Positions 40,361-49,720 of a DNA stretch of 64,000 bases are shown here, piece after piece. Where the stretch lies: NCBI GenBank assembly GCA_963674595.2, contig CAXXFV010000018.1, positions 63,470-127,469 of the forward strand, read 5' to 3'. The stretch's first letter is position 1, and each line of letters begins with the position of its first letter. The notes under the pieces were generated by a model, which ran no database searches, was not told the DNA's origin, and saw only the letters and a list, made by a program, of their open reading frames with translations. This stretch comes from a bacterium. Its GTDB lineage: Bacteria; Zhuqueibacterota; Zhuqueibacteria; Residuimicrobiales; Krinioviventaceae. The position numbers and the translations under genes were made by a program.

Positions 40361-40468
40361 GCATCTATTTTTCCATGTTGGAAAAAATAATCAGGTGAAA
40401 AGCTGATAAAAAAAGAGTCTCTGAAACGGGCTTGTTTTTCACCAACGGGGATAAAAAATATTTCTTTC

Positions 40469-40500
40469 TCTTGCCCCAAATACCACAATTTGGGGCAAGA
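40469..40500. terminator. Hairpin preceding the family promoter
   Basis: TCTTGCCCCAAAT-ACCACA-ATTTGGGGCAAGA. Confidence 0.65.
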
Positions 40501-40523
40501 ATAATTTATTTTTAAAAAACGCC

Positions 40524-40705
40524 TTGCCATGATTTCATTTAATTTGTATAATATTTATCAACTATAACGGATTGTTTTCAGGGAAATTGGCCGATCATGG
40601 GAGGTTTTGATAATCCGTTAGTTGATTTTCCACCTTATAATTTTACAACCTGCACGAGCACAAGCTGCACCGGATTGAGCGAGATTCATTTTGTTCCTCC
40701 GGCAG
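40524..40705 (+). ncRNA. Promoter-plus-structured leader family copy
   Basis: TTGCCA-N17-TATAAT; stem ATCAACTA(TA)ACGGATTGT / ATAATCCGTTAGTTGAT followed by TTTCCAC; 40 nt identical to the 45996 copy. Confidence 0.65.
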
Positions 40706-41022
40706 TTTTTAAAAAGGATTCAATGCGACTCGCCCTCACGATGATTCAAAAATCCATTATATAAATCATATAATAATAATTTCCAAGTTGATATAAATAA
40801 TATCTTGAAAAATTGGATAACGATTAAAAGCAGGAACAAGTATCAATTAAAAACAAAAAATAGTGTTTAAACATACCTCATTCCACGATTACGCAAACCA
40901 TATCATTCATACAGATCCGACCAAAAGCGACTATTCATCCGGACATTAACAAGTAATCATCAGGTAACAGTCAGTAGTGCATTTATTCACATTTAAACTA
41001 TTTGAAATAAAAGGAGTTTAAA

Positions 41023-44000
41023 ATGAATTTCGGCAGACAGTGTTTTTTATTGACAGTTGGATTTTTACTTATTATTGCTGATTCCTATGTACAAGGTGGG
41101 CAATTGAACGATCCGAATGGAAATCAAAACTTGAATCCTTATCCGGAAATTGACACAATCAAAAACCAAAGGGACCGTTCATTCGTCAAACAAGATTATA
41201 AACTCTCTGAAGTTATTAAACAGACAATAACTAAAATGGAGCAAGGCGGTTTGGCCCGTCATTCCTATTCCTATAATTCTAATAATAAAATAACAATGGA
41301 ATTAATTGAGGGATCGCTTGGATCAGATAATTGGGTAAATCATCAACGCTGGACATATACCTATGATGCTGACGGAAATACAATTACTAAATTATTCGAA
41401 GAATGGGACTATATCAATTATCAATTCAAATGGGCAGGTAAAAAACGCTGGACATATACCTATGATTTTGATGGAAACATGACATCAGAGTTATTGGAAA
41501 ATTATCAGGATGATCAATGGGTAGCTGATTATAAAAAGACGTTTGAATGTGATTTAAAAGGAAACGTGACATTATATGTGCATGAGCTATGGTATGACAA
41601 TCAATGGAATATTAATTTAAAGGAAAAACATACTTTTACTTATGATGCCAACGATTATATAACTACGGAAGTCATTGAAGGCTGGTATAATGACCAATGG
41701 AGAAACAGTCAACGTATAACATATACTTATGCCAATGGAAAGGTAACATCAAAGACCTACGAAGGGTGGGCTGTCTTTAGTAATCAATGGGGAAACGCAC
41801 TGAAAATCACCTACACTTATGACGGTAATGGAAATATGACTCAAATGTTATATGAGGATTGGGGACTGGAAGACTGGTATGAAGTTAAACGCTGGACATA
41901 TACTTATGACTTTGATGAAAATTTAACATCTGAACTCTATGAATATAGTGATGCTGAATGGATTAATGGTTGGCGCACCAACTATACCTATGATTCCATG
42001 GGAAATAAAATTTCTGACTATTATGAAGAATGGGAAGGCGGCCAATGGGTCGAAAAACATAACTACAGAAGAAATTATAGCTACAACTTGAATGATAACA
42101 TGATATATGGAAAATCTGAAAGAAACATAAACGGCGCCTGGGAAGATTTTGATGATGAGTTTAAACTTATAGATATTTACGGAAATGAATATGTATATGA
42201 AGCCACTGAAATACAAATAGATTATGGATCACCTTTTCCTGAAGATGAAATTTATGAGATAGAATTTTATACCGGAGAGTTTAATATATCCAAACTTTTT
42301 AATAAAGTAAGGTTTACAAAGGCGCTTGGTCGTAAAAACTTGGACATTGAGGCGGAAATAACAAATGTAAAAGAAGACACCATTTGGTTCAGACTTCCTT
42401 TTGGGCTGGTTTTTTCTAAAGATATTTTTTTAGAAGAAATAATAAATGGAAGAACTGCCGATACGGTCCACTTTGAAATCACCACAGATATAGGACTTGA
42501 AACTGAAAGAACTATTGTCGATTCCCTGCGATGGATTTTCCCAAGACTGCTTTTATATGATGATGTTGTAAACCCTCCGGCAGCAAACCAGCAGCAAATT
42601 TTACGACAATTTGATTTGGAAGCCAAATACCCTGATGATGTCCGGACCTTTTTCTTTCTGGGGGAAAAAGAGGATGGCCTGGCAAGTGTACGCGTGGTAA
42701 ACACTCAACAAAGCATATCGGGAGATAATCCTCTTGTTTTGGATTTAAAAGTCGGTTTGGCGAATGGACAAGTTCCACCATTTCAAATATATAATATGGG
42801 AATTGGAGATAAAGGGGTTCAATTCCAGGTAAACCGTGACAGCATTTACGTCATTTGCGTTTTTCATCCACATGATTCGAGGGCCTTCAACTTTCCGGCA
42901 GCTTTTCAGATTCATTTGGCCGGAAATGTGGGGCATCCCCGAAAAATAATTAATGGTATTCCGGAATTTCCCAGAGCGACCCGTCTGGATATATTGTTTA
43001 ACCACGTCGCTCCCTATCCGCAACAACTGTTACAGATGCAGACAGAACACAATGCAACCGGTGCAGAGACATCAATTTTTAAATTTGGCAATTATACGGA
43101 TGTCTTTCCCTATGCTGTGGCGGTATTGGTACCGCCAAAACAATCTCCTGACGGAATGCCCTTGGGCCAGTCCTATCTGCGCGCACCAGACCCCATGCCG
43201 CTGGTGCCGCCCGTAGATTTGACAACGCCGACCGCAACAACTCCGGCCCTGGTTCCGGGAATGCTTGAAAGTCCGGAATATATTGCAATCGATTTTACAC
43301 AATTACCCTATCCGCTAGTACCGATTGGGCCGTTAAATACCGAACAAGGGAATTTGGGTCACAACACGGTAGCCGCTGTCATTGGCGAAAATAATGGAAC
43401 ATTGGTTACCCTGCCGACATCTGCTGAAATAAAAAGTATTATTGTAGATATGGGTTCGGGACAGGAAATTGTGAACAGCGACGGAGCGGATTTTCAGGTT
43501 TTTTCACCTTCCGGCAGCTATAACATTGCCGTAAGCAATACGCCCTATGCCTCAACGTTTGAAGCATATGAAGGCACCTTTACCGGAGACCAGCAATTTG
43601 ATTTAAGCAGCACAACATTATCCAGTGCCCGATATGTCAGGATTATTGCCAACCCTTCTGCTCAAATTAATGCTGTTAAATCACTCAATGTTTTTATGGA
43701 CCTTTTTTATAACGAGGAGGTCGGCCCGGTCAATGAATTACCAAAAGTGACAACGATAATGCGCCGGGCTAAAGCGCCGCAAACAAATATAAATCCTTTT
43801 CTTCAGCTTCTTTCCGCAGATGGAGAACTCATATTAGATTCTCCGGGTGGATTCGGTGATGTTACGAATAATTCATTAACAGACGCCGTTATTACGCAAC
43901 CCATCTCTCAAATGGGATTCTATCGCTTTTTAGCTAAAGGGTATGATGATTATCCTGATGAGCGGGCATTTGGACAATTTTTTGCCCGTCTTGAATCGTC

Positions 44001-45810
44001 AGGCGAATGGAATACGGCTGATATTAATATCAGTCAGGCAGATGAAACAGAAAGTCACATCTATAACGGAAAAATCACAACGACAAGGGAAAGAGATTCC
44101 TATATATTTCAGGCTGAACCGGGACAGAAACTAAATATATCCGTCAAAGCTCCGGATTCTGAACTCGACCTGGTGCTGGAATTATATGATCCCGAAGAAT
44201 TTCTTATAGCAGCAAATGATAACTATAATGACAGAGGGCGAGATGCCGTTATATCACTGCAATTACCTGTAAACAGCATTTACGGCATTCAAACATTGCC
44301 TAATCCCAGCACCTATCGCGTGGTGGTCAGTGCAATCGATAAAATTGGAAATAAAACAATTTACGATGGTATAAATTATTTTAAACGAGAGGTTGCTGGC
44401 GGTGATTATGAACTGCGGCTATTCAACGGTGCACTTGAAGGTGAAGCCTCTGACAGGCCTGTTATAACAAAGGTTACTCCTCAAAAAGTGATACAGGGTG
44501 TTCAAAACCTTGAATTGAATATTACGGGAAGCAATTTTGTAAACGGCGCTCTGGTATCATTTAGTCCCGATGGCATAACGGTTGATCAGACGGAGGTCAT
44601 TAATGACACCCTTATTAAAGCCACAATAGACGTTTCTCCTTCTGCTCAAATCGGCTGGCGGGATGTTATTGTGAGCATTCCCGATGGTGCATCAGGCACC
44701 GGTTCCTGGTTGTTCAGGATTTCTGAATCCCTGGGTATGGTTGATCTTGCATGGGACCCCCCGGAAACGGGAGAAACATTAAATCCGCCGCTTAATTTAA
44801 CAGCAAATCTGAATATTGACGGACTGGCAAAACACCACAATATAACGATAGACTGGAATTCGAAAAATCCTTTAACAGATCAAATAAATTTAGATGAAAC
44901 AGAACCCAATAACAGCATGGATGAGGCCCAGGTACTGTCCGGCGACCAAACAATTGTGGTGCAGGGGAACGCCGAAATAGATGACGCGGGAACGGTTAAT
45001 TTAACTGAGGACGATATTGAAGACCTTTACAAAGTGACATTAATTCAACCCGGATTAATTGTAGAACTGGGCAATTATACATCAGATTGTGATTTATATA
45101 TTTTTAATGATACTTTTGAATTTATCGCCATATTAAATGAACCCGGAGCTGTGGGCGGCCTCGAACAGTTTTTTGATGAGGAACTGCCTGTTGGAGAATA
45201 TTTTATCGGTGTATCCATTAACGATTCTGATCCGATTGGCGGCCCGTCAACCTCTTATGTACTCGTCGTTACCGGTGAATTTGATGGTCAGGGATCAAAT
45301 CCCGCATTATTGTCTTATAACATTTATCGTTCACTGTCCCCTAATGCTAAAGAAAGCGGTGTATTAATCGGGTCTGTCAGTGCGGGCACTAATTCATACA
45401 GCGATCCTGCGCAGAGTGTTAACGATTATCTTTATCAGGTCACGGCTGTTTATGATGCAGGTGAAAGCGGCCCTTCAAACGAAGCAACCGTAACTGTGAC
45501 GCGAATAAACGAAAAAGACAATCTTGTCCCGGTAGCATTCATGCTCTCTCAAAATTACCCCAACCCATTTAATCCGACGACAAAAATTGTCTACAGTATT
45601 CCGGAAAATGGACAGGTTTTTCTAGAGATATACAACAATATCGGACAAAAAATAAGGTCATTGGTAAATGAAAATCAAAATTCCGGCAGATATACAATTG
45701 AATGGGACGGAATGAACGATAAAGGCCTGAAAGTAACAAGCGGGATATATTTTTATCAGCTAAGGTCAAATGGTTTCATTGAAACTAAAAAAATGGCTAT
45801 TCTAAGATAG
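41023..45810 (+). CDS. Large secreted multidomain protein: YTYD/W repeats, Pro-rich unknown core, PPC-like, IPT, FN3 and T9SS-type CTD
   Basis: Signal peptide; about 9 (W)TYTYD..GN...E.W...W repeats; RDSY.F.A..GQ, DETEPNN, ITGSNF, YQVTAVY..GES..SN, QNYPNPFNPTT. Confidence 0.85.
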   Translation: MNFGRQCFLLTVGFLLIIADSYVQGGQLNDPNGNQNLNPYPEIDTIKNQRDRSFVKQDYKLSEVIKQTITKMEQGGLARHSYSYNSNNKITMELIEGSLGSDNWVNHQRWTYTYDADGNTITKLFEEWDYINYQFKWAGKKRWTYTYDFDGNMTSELLENYQDDQWVADYKKTFECDLKGNVTLYVHELWYDNQWNINLKEKHTFTYDANDYITTEVIEGWYNDQWRNSQRITYTYANGKVTSKTYEGWAVFSNQWGNALKITYTYDGNGNMTQMLYEDWGLEDWYEVKRWTYTYDFDENLTSELYEYSDAEWINGWRTNYTYDSMGNKISDYYEEWEGGQWVEKHNYRRNYSYNLNDNMIYGKSERNINGAWEDFDDEFKLIDIYGNEYVYEATEIQIDYGSPFPEDEIYEIEFYTGEFNISKLFNKVRFTKALGRKNLDIEAEITNVKEDTIWFRLPFGLVFSKDIFLEEIINGRTADTVHFEITTDIGLETERTIVDSLRWIFPRLLLYDDVVNPPAANQQQILRQFDLEAKYPDDVRTFFFLGEKEDGLASVRVVNTQQSISGDNPLVLDLKVGLANGQVPPFQIYNMGIGDKGVQFQVNRDSIYVICVFHPHDSRAFNFPAAFQIHLAGNVGHPRKIINGIPEFPRATRLDILFNHVAPYPQQLLQMQTEHNATGAETSIFKFGNYTDVFPYAVAVLVPPKQSPDGMPLGQSYLRAPDPMPLVPPVDLTTPTATTPALVPGMLESPEYIAIDFTQLPYPLVPIGPLNTEQGNLGHNTVAAVIGENNGTLVTLPTSAEIKSIIVDMGSGQEIVNSDGADFQVFSPSGSYNIAVSNTPYASTFEAYEGTFTGDQQFDLSSTTLSSARYVRIIANPSAQINAVKSLNVFMDLFYNEEVGPVNELPKVTTIMRRAKAPQTNINPFLQLLSADGELILDSPGGFGDVTNNSLTDAVITQPISQMGFYRFLAKGYDDYPDERAFGQFFARLESSGEWNTADINISQADETESHIYNGKITTTRERDSYIFQAEPGQKLNISVKAPDSELDLVLELYDPEEFLIAANDNYNDRGRDAVISLQLPVNSIYGIQTLPNPSTYRVVVSAIDKIGNKTIYDGINYFKREVAGGDYELRLFNGALEGEASDRPVITKVTPQKVIQGVQNLELNITGSNFVNGALVSFSPDGITVDQTEVINDTLIKATIDVSPSAQIGWRDVIVSIPDGASGTGSWLFRISESLGMVDLAWDPPETGETLNPPLNLTANLNIDGLAKHHNITIDWNSKNPLTDQINLDETEPNNSMDEAQVLSGDQTIVVQGNAEIDDAGTVNLTEDDIEDLYKVTLIQPGLIVELGNYTSDCDLYIFNDTFEFIAILNEPGAVGGLEQFFDEELPVGEYFIGVSINDSDPIGGPSTSYVLVVTGEFDGQGSNPALLSYNIYRSLSPNAKESGVLIGSVSAGTNSYSDPAQSVNDYLYQVTAVYDAGESGPSNEATVTVTRINEKDNLVPVAFMLSQNYPNPFNPTTKIVYSIPENGQVFLEIYNNIGQKIRSLVNENQNSGRYTIEWDGMNDKGLKVTSGIYFYQLRSNGFIETKKMAILR

Positions 45811-45818
45811 AACATTTT

Positions 45819-45848
45819 GCTCGCCCGGGGAAAGGGCTCCCCGGGCGA
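45819..45848. repeat. GCTCGCC-type hairpin (REP-like/terminator)
   Basis: TCGCCCGGGGA-AAGGGC-TCCCCGGGCGA; related to 23186, 47203 and 48520. Confidence 0.7.
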
Positions 45849-45960
45849 AAATAGTTTGAATATCTCCCATCTTTAATCGTCTCAAGGTTCCAACCTCATA
45901 GCATAGAAAACTAAAGTCCTTCCCTTCACAGTTGTTTTTTTGAATAAACATAAAAACCGC

Positions 45961-46184
45961 TTGCACAGATTTCATTTAATTTGTATAATCTATTAATCAG
46001 CTATAACGGATTGTTTTCAGGGAAATTGGCCGATCATGGGTGTTACGGACAATCCTGTAGCTGGGTTTCCATTATCTTTTACATTCGGGACTTTTAGCAT
46101 AAACGAGGAAGAGATTGCGTCGAATTCAAGATCATATTCCTGTTGTTTTACCGTCAATAATAATATTGGGTTGGGTGAGGTACG
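45961..46184 (+). ncRNA. Promoter-plus-structured leader family, long copy
   Basis: TTGCAC-N17-TATAAT; stem CAGCTATA(AC)GGATTGTT / GACAATCCTGTAGCTG followed by GGTTTCCA; 3' part homologous to 16525-16604. Confidence 0.65.
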
Positions 46185-46336
46185 GCTTATTTATAATAGC
46201 AGGATGTCTGTTCAACCGCTCCATTCTGCTATCAAAATTTAAAATATAATTAAATGTGGTAATAAGCTGTATTCTAAAACCTAAAACTGAAAAGCGAACT
46301 TTTAAAAGCATGGCCGGCAATAAAGAAGGAAAATCA

Positions 46337-47197
46337 ATGAAAAAAGAAGTCATCCAAAATTTAACACAAGACTTTGAGTCATGTGCAAACCAAACCAGGA
46401 ACGGCATTGAATTTTGGTTTGCCCGGGATTTACAACATTTACTAGAATATTCCAAATGGGATAATTTTTTAAAGGTTATAATAAAAGCAAAAATATCCTG
46501 TGAAACTGCCGGCCATCAGGTTCTGGACCATTTTGCCGACGTCGGGAAAATGGTCCAAATTGGTTCAGGGACTGAAAGAGAAATTAAAGACTTTATGTTA
46601 ACCCGTTTTGCCTGCTACCTCATCGCCCAGAACGGCAATCCGCAAAAAGAAGCCATCGCATTTGCACAGAATTATTTTGCTGTCCAAACAAGAAAAATTG
46701 AAATTATCGAACAACGCATCAAAGACTGGGAACGGCTTAATGCCCGGCAAAAACTATCAATTTCTGAAAAAGAACTTTCCGAACTCATTTTTGAAAGGAC
46801 AGGAAATGAAAAAGATTTTGGTTTCATACGCAGCAGAGGAGATCAGGCGCTGTTCGGTTTTACAACCAACCAGATGAAAAAGAAACTGGGGATTAAAACA
46901 AACAGGCCGTTGGCAGATTTTTTACCGACCATAACCATTAAAGCCAAAGATTTTGCCACGGAAATTACAATATTTAATGTTAAAGATAAAAACATACATA
47001 AAGGTGACCAGATTTCCTGGGAACATATCACCAATAATAAAAGCGTAAGAAAATTACTCCTGGAGCGAGGTATTAAACCGGAAGAATTGCCTCCCGAAGA
47101 AGATGTTAAAAAGCTGGAACGCCGGGTAAGTATAGAAGACAAAAAATTCACCCAAAAACCTGATAAACTGTCAAAAGACGAAAACGTAAACGACTAA
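46337..47197 (+). CDS. dinD: DNA-damage-inducible protein D (Bro-N domain)
   Basis: EFWFARDLQ.LL.Y..W.NF, LTRFACYLIAQNG.P.K..IAFAQ.YFA.QTR, RPLADFLPT.TIKAKDFA, PEELP..ED. Confidence 0.9.
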   Translation: MKKEVIQNLTQDFESCANQTRNGIEFWFARDLQHLLEYSKWDNFLKVIIKAKISCETAGHQVLDHFADVGKMVQIGSGTEREIKDFMLTRFACYLIAQNGNPQKEAIAFAQNYFAVQTRKIEIIEQRIKDWERLNARQKLSISEKELSELIFERTGNEKDFGFIRSRGDQALFGFTTNQMKKKLGIKTNRPLADFLPTITIKAKDFATEITIFNVKDKNIHKGDQISWEHITNNKSVRKLLLERGIKPEELPPEEDVKKLERRVSIEDKKFTQKPDKLSKDENVND

Positions 47198-47299
47198 AAG
47201 CTGCTCATATCGGGAATCTTTCCCGGTGCGAAACAAGTCGGGGTATCTACTCCGTAAGAATTTAATTAACCATTCAGAACAAGCAAAAAGGAACACGTC

Positions 47300-47833
47300 A
47301 TGAAACCATTAACCTGTTTTGTAACATTATCTTTGTTTGTGATGCTTTTTTTTAACTGTTCACGGGAACAACACCCTTTGGAGGCATCATCTGAAAGTGT
47401 TTTTGCCATACATTTTCTCCAAAATGCGGATCTACATTACACTGACATTGCCGATAAACCTATAAAAAGTTTGACAATTACAAAAACACCAGTTGTCACT
47501 GAAAAAGACATAGAATATTATAAAATTTTCAATGTCACTAACAAAACTCCTAAAACCCATGCTATTAAATTTAACAAAGATGTAGAATCTGCTTTCGGCA
47601 ATACAGATAGATTTTTTGTTTTGGTCGTTAACGGCGAAAGGCAATATGTGGGCGAGTATTGGTCAAGCTTCAAAAACTCGGTGCCATCTGAAATTCTGAT
47701 GTACTCCTATTCAATTGCCGAAAATGAGTTTCATATTTTAACATCAGAAGATGGTGACAAAAAAATCAACAATGAGAAAATTTTAAACGCTTTGACAAAT
47801 GCCGGTATTGAAATAAAATATCAGAATGAATAA
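47300..47833 (+). CDS. Hypothetical lipoprotein
   Basis: Signal ending FFN-C; FVLVVNGERQYVGEYW. Confidence 0.65.
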   Translation: MKPLTCFVTLSLFVMLFFNCSREQHPLEASSESVFAIHFLQNADLHYTDIADKPIKSLTITKTPVVTEKDIEYYKIFNVTNKTPKTHAIKFNKDVESAFGNTDRFFVLVVNGERQYVGEYWSSFKNSVPSEILMYSYSIAENEFHILTSEDGDKKINNEKILNALTNAGIEIKYQNE

Positions 47834-47901
47834 AAAGATGTAAAAATAATTAACTCAAGCAATATTTCAAACTTTGATATCAATTTCCAAAGAGAAAAGT
47901 C

Positions 47902-48501
47902 ATGAATGTTAAAAAAGTCATCATCATGGTTTTATTAGCCTTCTTTCTTTCATCTATTAATACCTTGGGGCAAGAGCTGATGAAAATCGAATCTCAGCTT
48001 GATAGTCTTTTAACTATCAAATCAAAATTAGAATTATATTTAGATTCTGTAAATAAGAAAATAAATGAGCTTGAAATAGTTAAATTAAAAATTCAAACTG
48101 ACAATGATATAGCTAAAGGTACTTTTGTTGAATTAATAAATGATGGAATAATGAGGACAAAGCCATCAGCTGTAGGTGATGTTATGAAACATTTACCAAA
48201 AAAGACAAAGGTTTTAGTAATTGGCTATACTTCCGGATATTATAAAATAAAAGTTGCTAGTGATATTGGTTATATTAATGAAATGTTTTTACCTGAAAAT
48301 AAAGTACATAGTAAAAAAGCCGAATCTGAAAAATCAAGCTCATCTTTAACTACAAATCATTCAAAAAGTACCACAACAACATATACTAAATCAAAATCCA
48401 CAAGATCACAAAGCAGAACTATTCATACAGGTCCACGTGGTGGAAAGTATTATATTAATTCCAAAGGGAATAAAGTATATATAAAAAAGAAGAAAAAATA
48501 A
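47902..48501 (+). CDS. SH3b-domain secreted protein with basic C-terminal GPRGG motif
   Basis: Coiled coil, MRTKPS...YYKI....IGYI, Ser/Thr linker, IHTGPRGGKYYINSKGNKVY. Confidence 0.75.
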   Translation: MNVKKVIIMVLLAFFLSSINTLGQELMKIESQLDSLLTIKSKLELYLDSVNKKINELEIVKLKIQTDNDIAKGTFVELINDGIMRTKPSAVGDVMKHLPKKTKVLVIGYTSGYYKIKVASDIGYINEMFLPENKVHSKKAESEKSSSSLTTNHSKSTTTTYTKSKSTRSQSRTIHTGPRGGKYYINSKGNKVYIKKKKK

Positions 48502-48519
48502 TAATAAAATATACAGTTT

Positions 48520-48852
48520 GTTCGCCTTGAGAATGCTTCCTAAAACACGGTCAGGCGGGGTATTTATCCCGATAAAAATGCTTTAATGATGTAAATATTA
48601 ATATGGGCCTGTTATTTGAGAACAATAACAGGGTAAATGCCCTGTTTTATTTATCACCGTTGTTTAATTGTCATTTGTTGTAATTGCAGGGGCAATTCAT
48701 GAGTTGCCCCAACGGATTGATTCGTCCTCAAGGTTCTGCCCGCCTTGGCAAAAACATCAGCCAGATCAAATCCCGAAGGGATGATATTATTATAACCAAA
48801 CTATTGCCTTCCCTATTAATCCCGAAGGGATGACATAATAATCACATCCCTC
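48520..48852. repeat. Cluster of several REP-like palindromes
   Basis: GCAGGGGCAATTCATGAGTTGCCCC; two AATCCCGAAGGGATGA copies (48769, 48818); degenerate CGTCC..AGGTTC; GTTCGCCTTGAGAAT. Confidence 0.7.
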
Positions 48853-49047
48853 AATTCCGCTCGTGATGACCGGAAGTACGCCTGCCGATATCAAGTTCAC
48901 ATTCTCTTAACTCTTTCTTTATACCCTCTTTATATGAACTCTTTATATTCAATTCTGTAAAAATATCTTGGCAAAACAATGCTGAAATGCCGGGAACATG
49001 TAAAATAATCCCCGGCATTTTATCTCGTATTTTAGAAAGACACAATT

Positions 49048-49521
49048 ATGAATAAAAGAAAAAACATTGCCATTGTAGCACACGACAATCGTAAAAAAGA
49101 CATTGTAGAATGGGTCAAGTGGAATTGCGATATTCTAATGCAGCACAGTTTGATCTGCACCGGAACGACCGGCAGACTGGTGGAAGAGACCATTAAATCA
49201 AAATCAGATTGCACCAGGTCCAATGAAAATTTTTCCGTTACAAAACTCAAATCCGGACCACTGGGCGGCGACCAGCAACTGGGAGCGCTCATTACCGAAG
49301 GCAAGATCGATTTTGTTATTTTTTTCTGGGACCCTATGGAACCGCACCCACACGATGTTGACGTTAAAGCGCTGCTGAGAATTGCGGTTGTTTACAATAT
49401 ACCAATTGCCTGCAACCGATCCACAGCGGACTTTATTATTTCCTCACCACTTTTGAACGATCAGTACAAACCGATTTTAAAAGACTATACCTCTTATCTT
49501 GACCGTGAAATAGCCGGTTAA
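49048..49521 (+). CDS. mgsA: Methylglyoxal synthase
   Basis: IAIVAHD..K, TGTTG, SGPLGGDQQ, DP....PHDVD. Confidence 0.97.
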   Translation: MNKRKNIAIVAHDNRKKDIVEWVKWNCDILMQHSLICTGTTGRLVEETIKSKSDCTRSNENFSVTKLKSGPLGGDQQLGALITEGKIDFVIFFWDPMEPHPHDVDVKALLRIAVVYNIPIACNRSTADFIISSPLLNDQYKPILKDYTSYLDREIAG

Positions 49522-49720
49522 AAATGTATGCAATCCATTCGTCCGGCTGCAACATTCCCGGACGGTTGCTGAATAGACTAAAATGTGTTCCTGCCCTCTC
49601 CCCTTTTCCGCTAAATGTTTAGAAAACAAATTTTAAGCTTGATTCTAAAAAAATGAGCAAGTATATTCAAGTTGTAAATTTTTAAAACAGACATTTTTTA
49701 TATAGTTTGTCGGGAAAGGA

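Noticed and set aside
46200-46336. LexA box upstream of dinD
   Set aside because: CTGTATTCTAAAACCT lacks the ACAG half-site; no convincing palindrome
48769-48852. Mini-CRISPR from two AATCCCGAAGGGATGA repeats
   Set aside because: Only two 16-bp copies plus an inverted half; fits a REP-type palindrome better
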